Source of the DNA: Callorhinchus milii
Lineage: Eukaryota
Reading direction: 5' to 3'
DNA: 64,000 nucleotides
NCBI RefSeq assembly: GCF_018977255.1
Contig: NW_024704742.1
Coordinates: forward strand, 1,924,001 to 1,988,000
Part shown: piece after piece, positions 62,600 through 64,000 of the stretch
Numbering within the stretch: the first letter of the stretch is position 1
Layout of the letters: every line of letters begins with the position of its first letter
Made by a program: the position numbers and the translations under genes
Notes under the pieces: model-generated
Told to the model about the DNA's origin: nothing
The model's database searches: none
The model's input: the letters and a program-made list of their open reading frames with translations, nothing else

Positions 62600-63310
62600 A
62601 AATCATATAATAATCCGTGCATTTGATGTGGCGCCTCATCACATCTCCGAGACGTCTCAAAGCCCTTCATAGAATATACTGTAAAGTGAATTGACTGTGT
62701 GGTTTGTGAGTGAAACTTTACATTTACTGTAAAGCGCCCGAACAACTGTGTTTTGTGGGTGAACGTGGCAATCGATCAGTTTGTACACAGCGATGTGGCA
62801 TAAACAACCATGAAGTGAATGACCAATTTTATTTTGGGGGGTTTGTTGGGCACAACACTGGGAGCGCCCCGGCGGGGCAAAACCTTGGGCAAGTTTCCTT
62901 ACTCCATACGTCCTGATAATAATCCCTCAAGAAAAACAAATGATACAAATATTGGTCACTTCATTCCACGACTGTTTGTGTGGGACGCTGCTGTGCGCAA
63001 TTGGCTGCCGCGTTTCGCCCACAAAATACACATAGCGCCTTTCACGTTGGGAGGACATTTCACAGTATATCACAGGAAACATTGTAAACCGTAGTGACTG
63101 TAACTTGGAGGTGAACGTGGCAGTCCACGTGCGCACAGCCATGTCCCACAAACAGCTGTGAAGTGAATGATTGTCGGGCCGGACTCTGAGAGAGAAACTC
63201 CCTTCTTTTTTTCTTTAACAGACAGGGCCTCAGTTTAACATTTGATCCTAACGGACAGATTTCCAACAAGGCGGCGCCCTCTCCTCCAGCATCCTGCATT
63301 GGAGCTCCAC
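62600..63310. mobile_element. Cluster of interleaved SINE pieces (minus ~62605-62840, plus short variant ~62865-63030, minus ~63030-63310)
   Basis: Reverse tail/core pieces flank a forward AAACCTTGGGCAAGTTTCCTTACTCCATACGTCCTGATAATAATCCCTCAAG..core copy. Confidence 0.75.
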
Positions 63311-64000
63311 AAGAAACCATTTGCAAGCGAATTTGATATTGTAAACGCGTTTAAACGCCTCATTATATTATTTGAACAAGTTCTGGGCGTGCTGAAAATT
63401 GTTCCTCTGACTCCCCTTCCCCCCTTCCTCCACCCGTATCCTCTCAAAGCAAAGAGAGAGGTTTTCCCCTCGTATTTTTTTCTCTCTCTCTCAATGAAAA
63501 AAACGTTCATGTCTATCTGACTGCGGAATGCTTTTAAGTGCTGGGCCAATAGGGGAAATGGAATTTTTTTTTTTTGGGTGGGGGAGTGTTCACTGTTTAA
63601 TTCCTGCCAGAGTTGTTCCATGGACATAATGCTCGTGCCAGCCAGGGCGAGGAAATCAAACCGCAGGGACCGGTGGAGACTGTGCGGGCAGCCGAGCGGC
63701 AAAGTAGGTTATACACACAGTGAACCATCCGGGAAGGAGCTGCGAAATGGGATCATTTGAAATGTACTTACTGAAGACTGCCCAGTGTGGTGCGGAAAGC
63801 CAATTCTCCTCAGAGCAGCAGCTGCTCTCCAGAAAGGAGACGGCTCGCAATGCGGTAGAGCTTTTGCCGGAAAGGAGCAGAGGCAATAAAACAGTCCTAC
63901 TCGTGTTAGTGATGTGTTTAATAAGTTGTGAACGGTGCAGCTCTGTGCGTTTGAGGATAGAGCAGGGACACAGCCAGGCGTTTGCTACAACTGATCAATT

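Overview
Repeat-rich vertebrate intronic DNA, most likely from a cartilaginous fish (probably a holocephalan/chimaera, judged from the SINE and LINE families). It is not prokaryotic: there are no CRISPR arrays, operons or intact long ORFs. The only intact coding feature I can support is one 81-nt coiled-coil exon on the + strand (24001-24081) that matches CCSER1/FAM190A, so the window probably lies inside two large introns of that gene. The main unexplained signal is a heavily decayed, apparently intronless cadherin gene on the - strand (about 1230-12560). The ORF track does not show it. Hand translation across frameshifts gives cadherin (EC) repeat motifs, then a non-chordate (NC/PCCD)-like segment, laminin-G-like and EGF-like segments, and a catenin-binding cytoplasmic tail. 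That is the architecture of a type III (Drosophila N-cadherin / chicken Hz-cadherin-like) classic cadherin, nested antisense in the host intron. The relic shows rearrangement scars: a 60-bp inverted duplication next to a flipped transmembrane-like segment, and a 39-bp direct duplication. The rest of the window is tRNA-derived Deu-core SINEs (two head types), L2 and CR1 LINE fragments, a few DNA-transposon/MITE relics, and an unclassified CpG-rich element with about 120-bp direct repeats. All homology calls come from by-eye comparison with remembered sequences and need database confirmation. Repeat boundaries are approximate.
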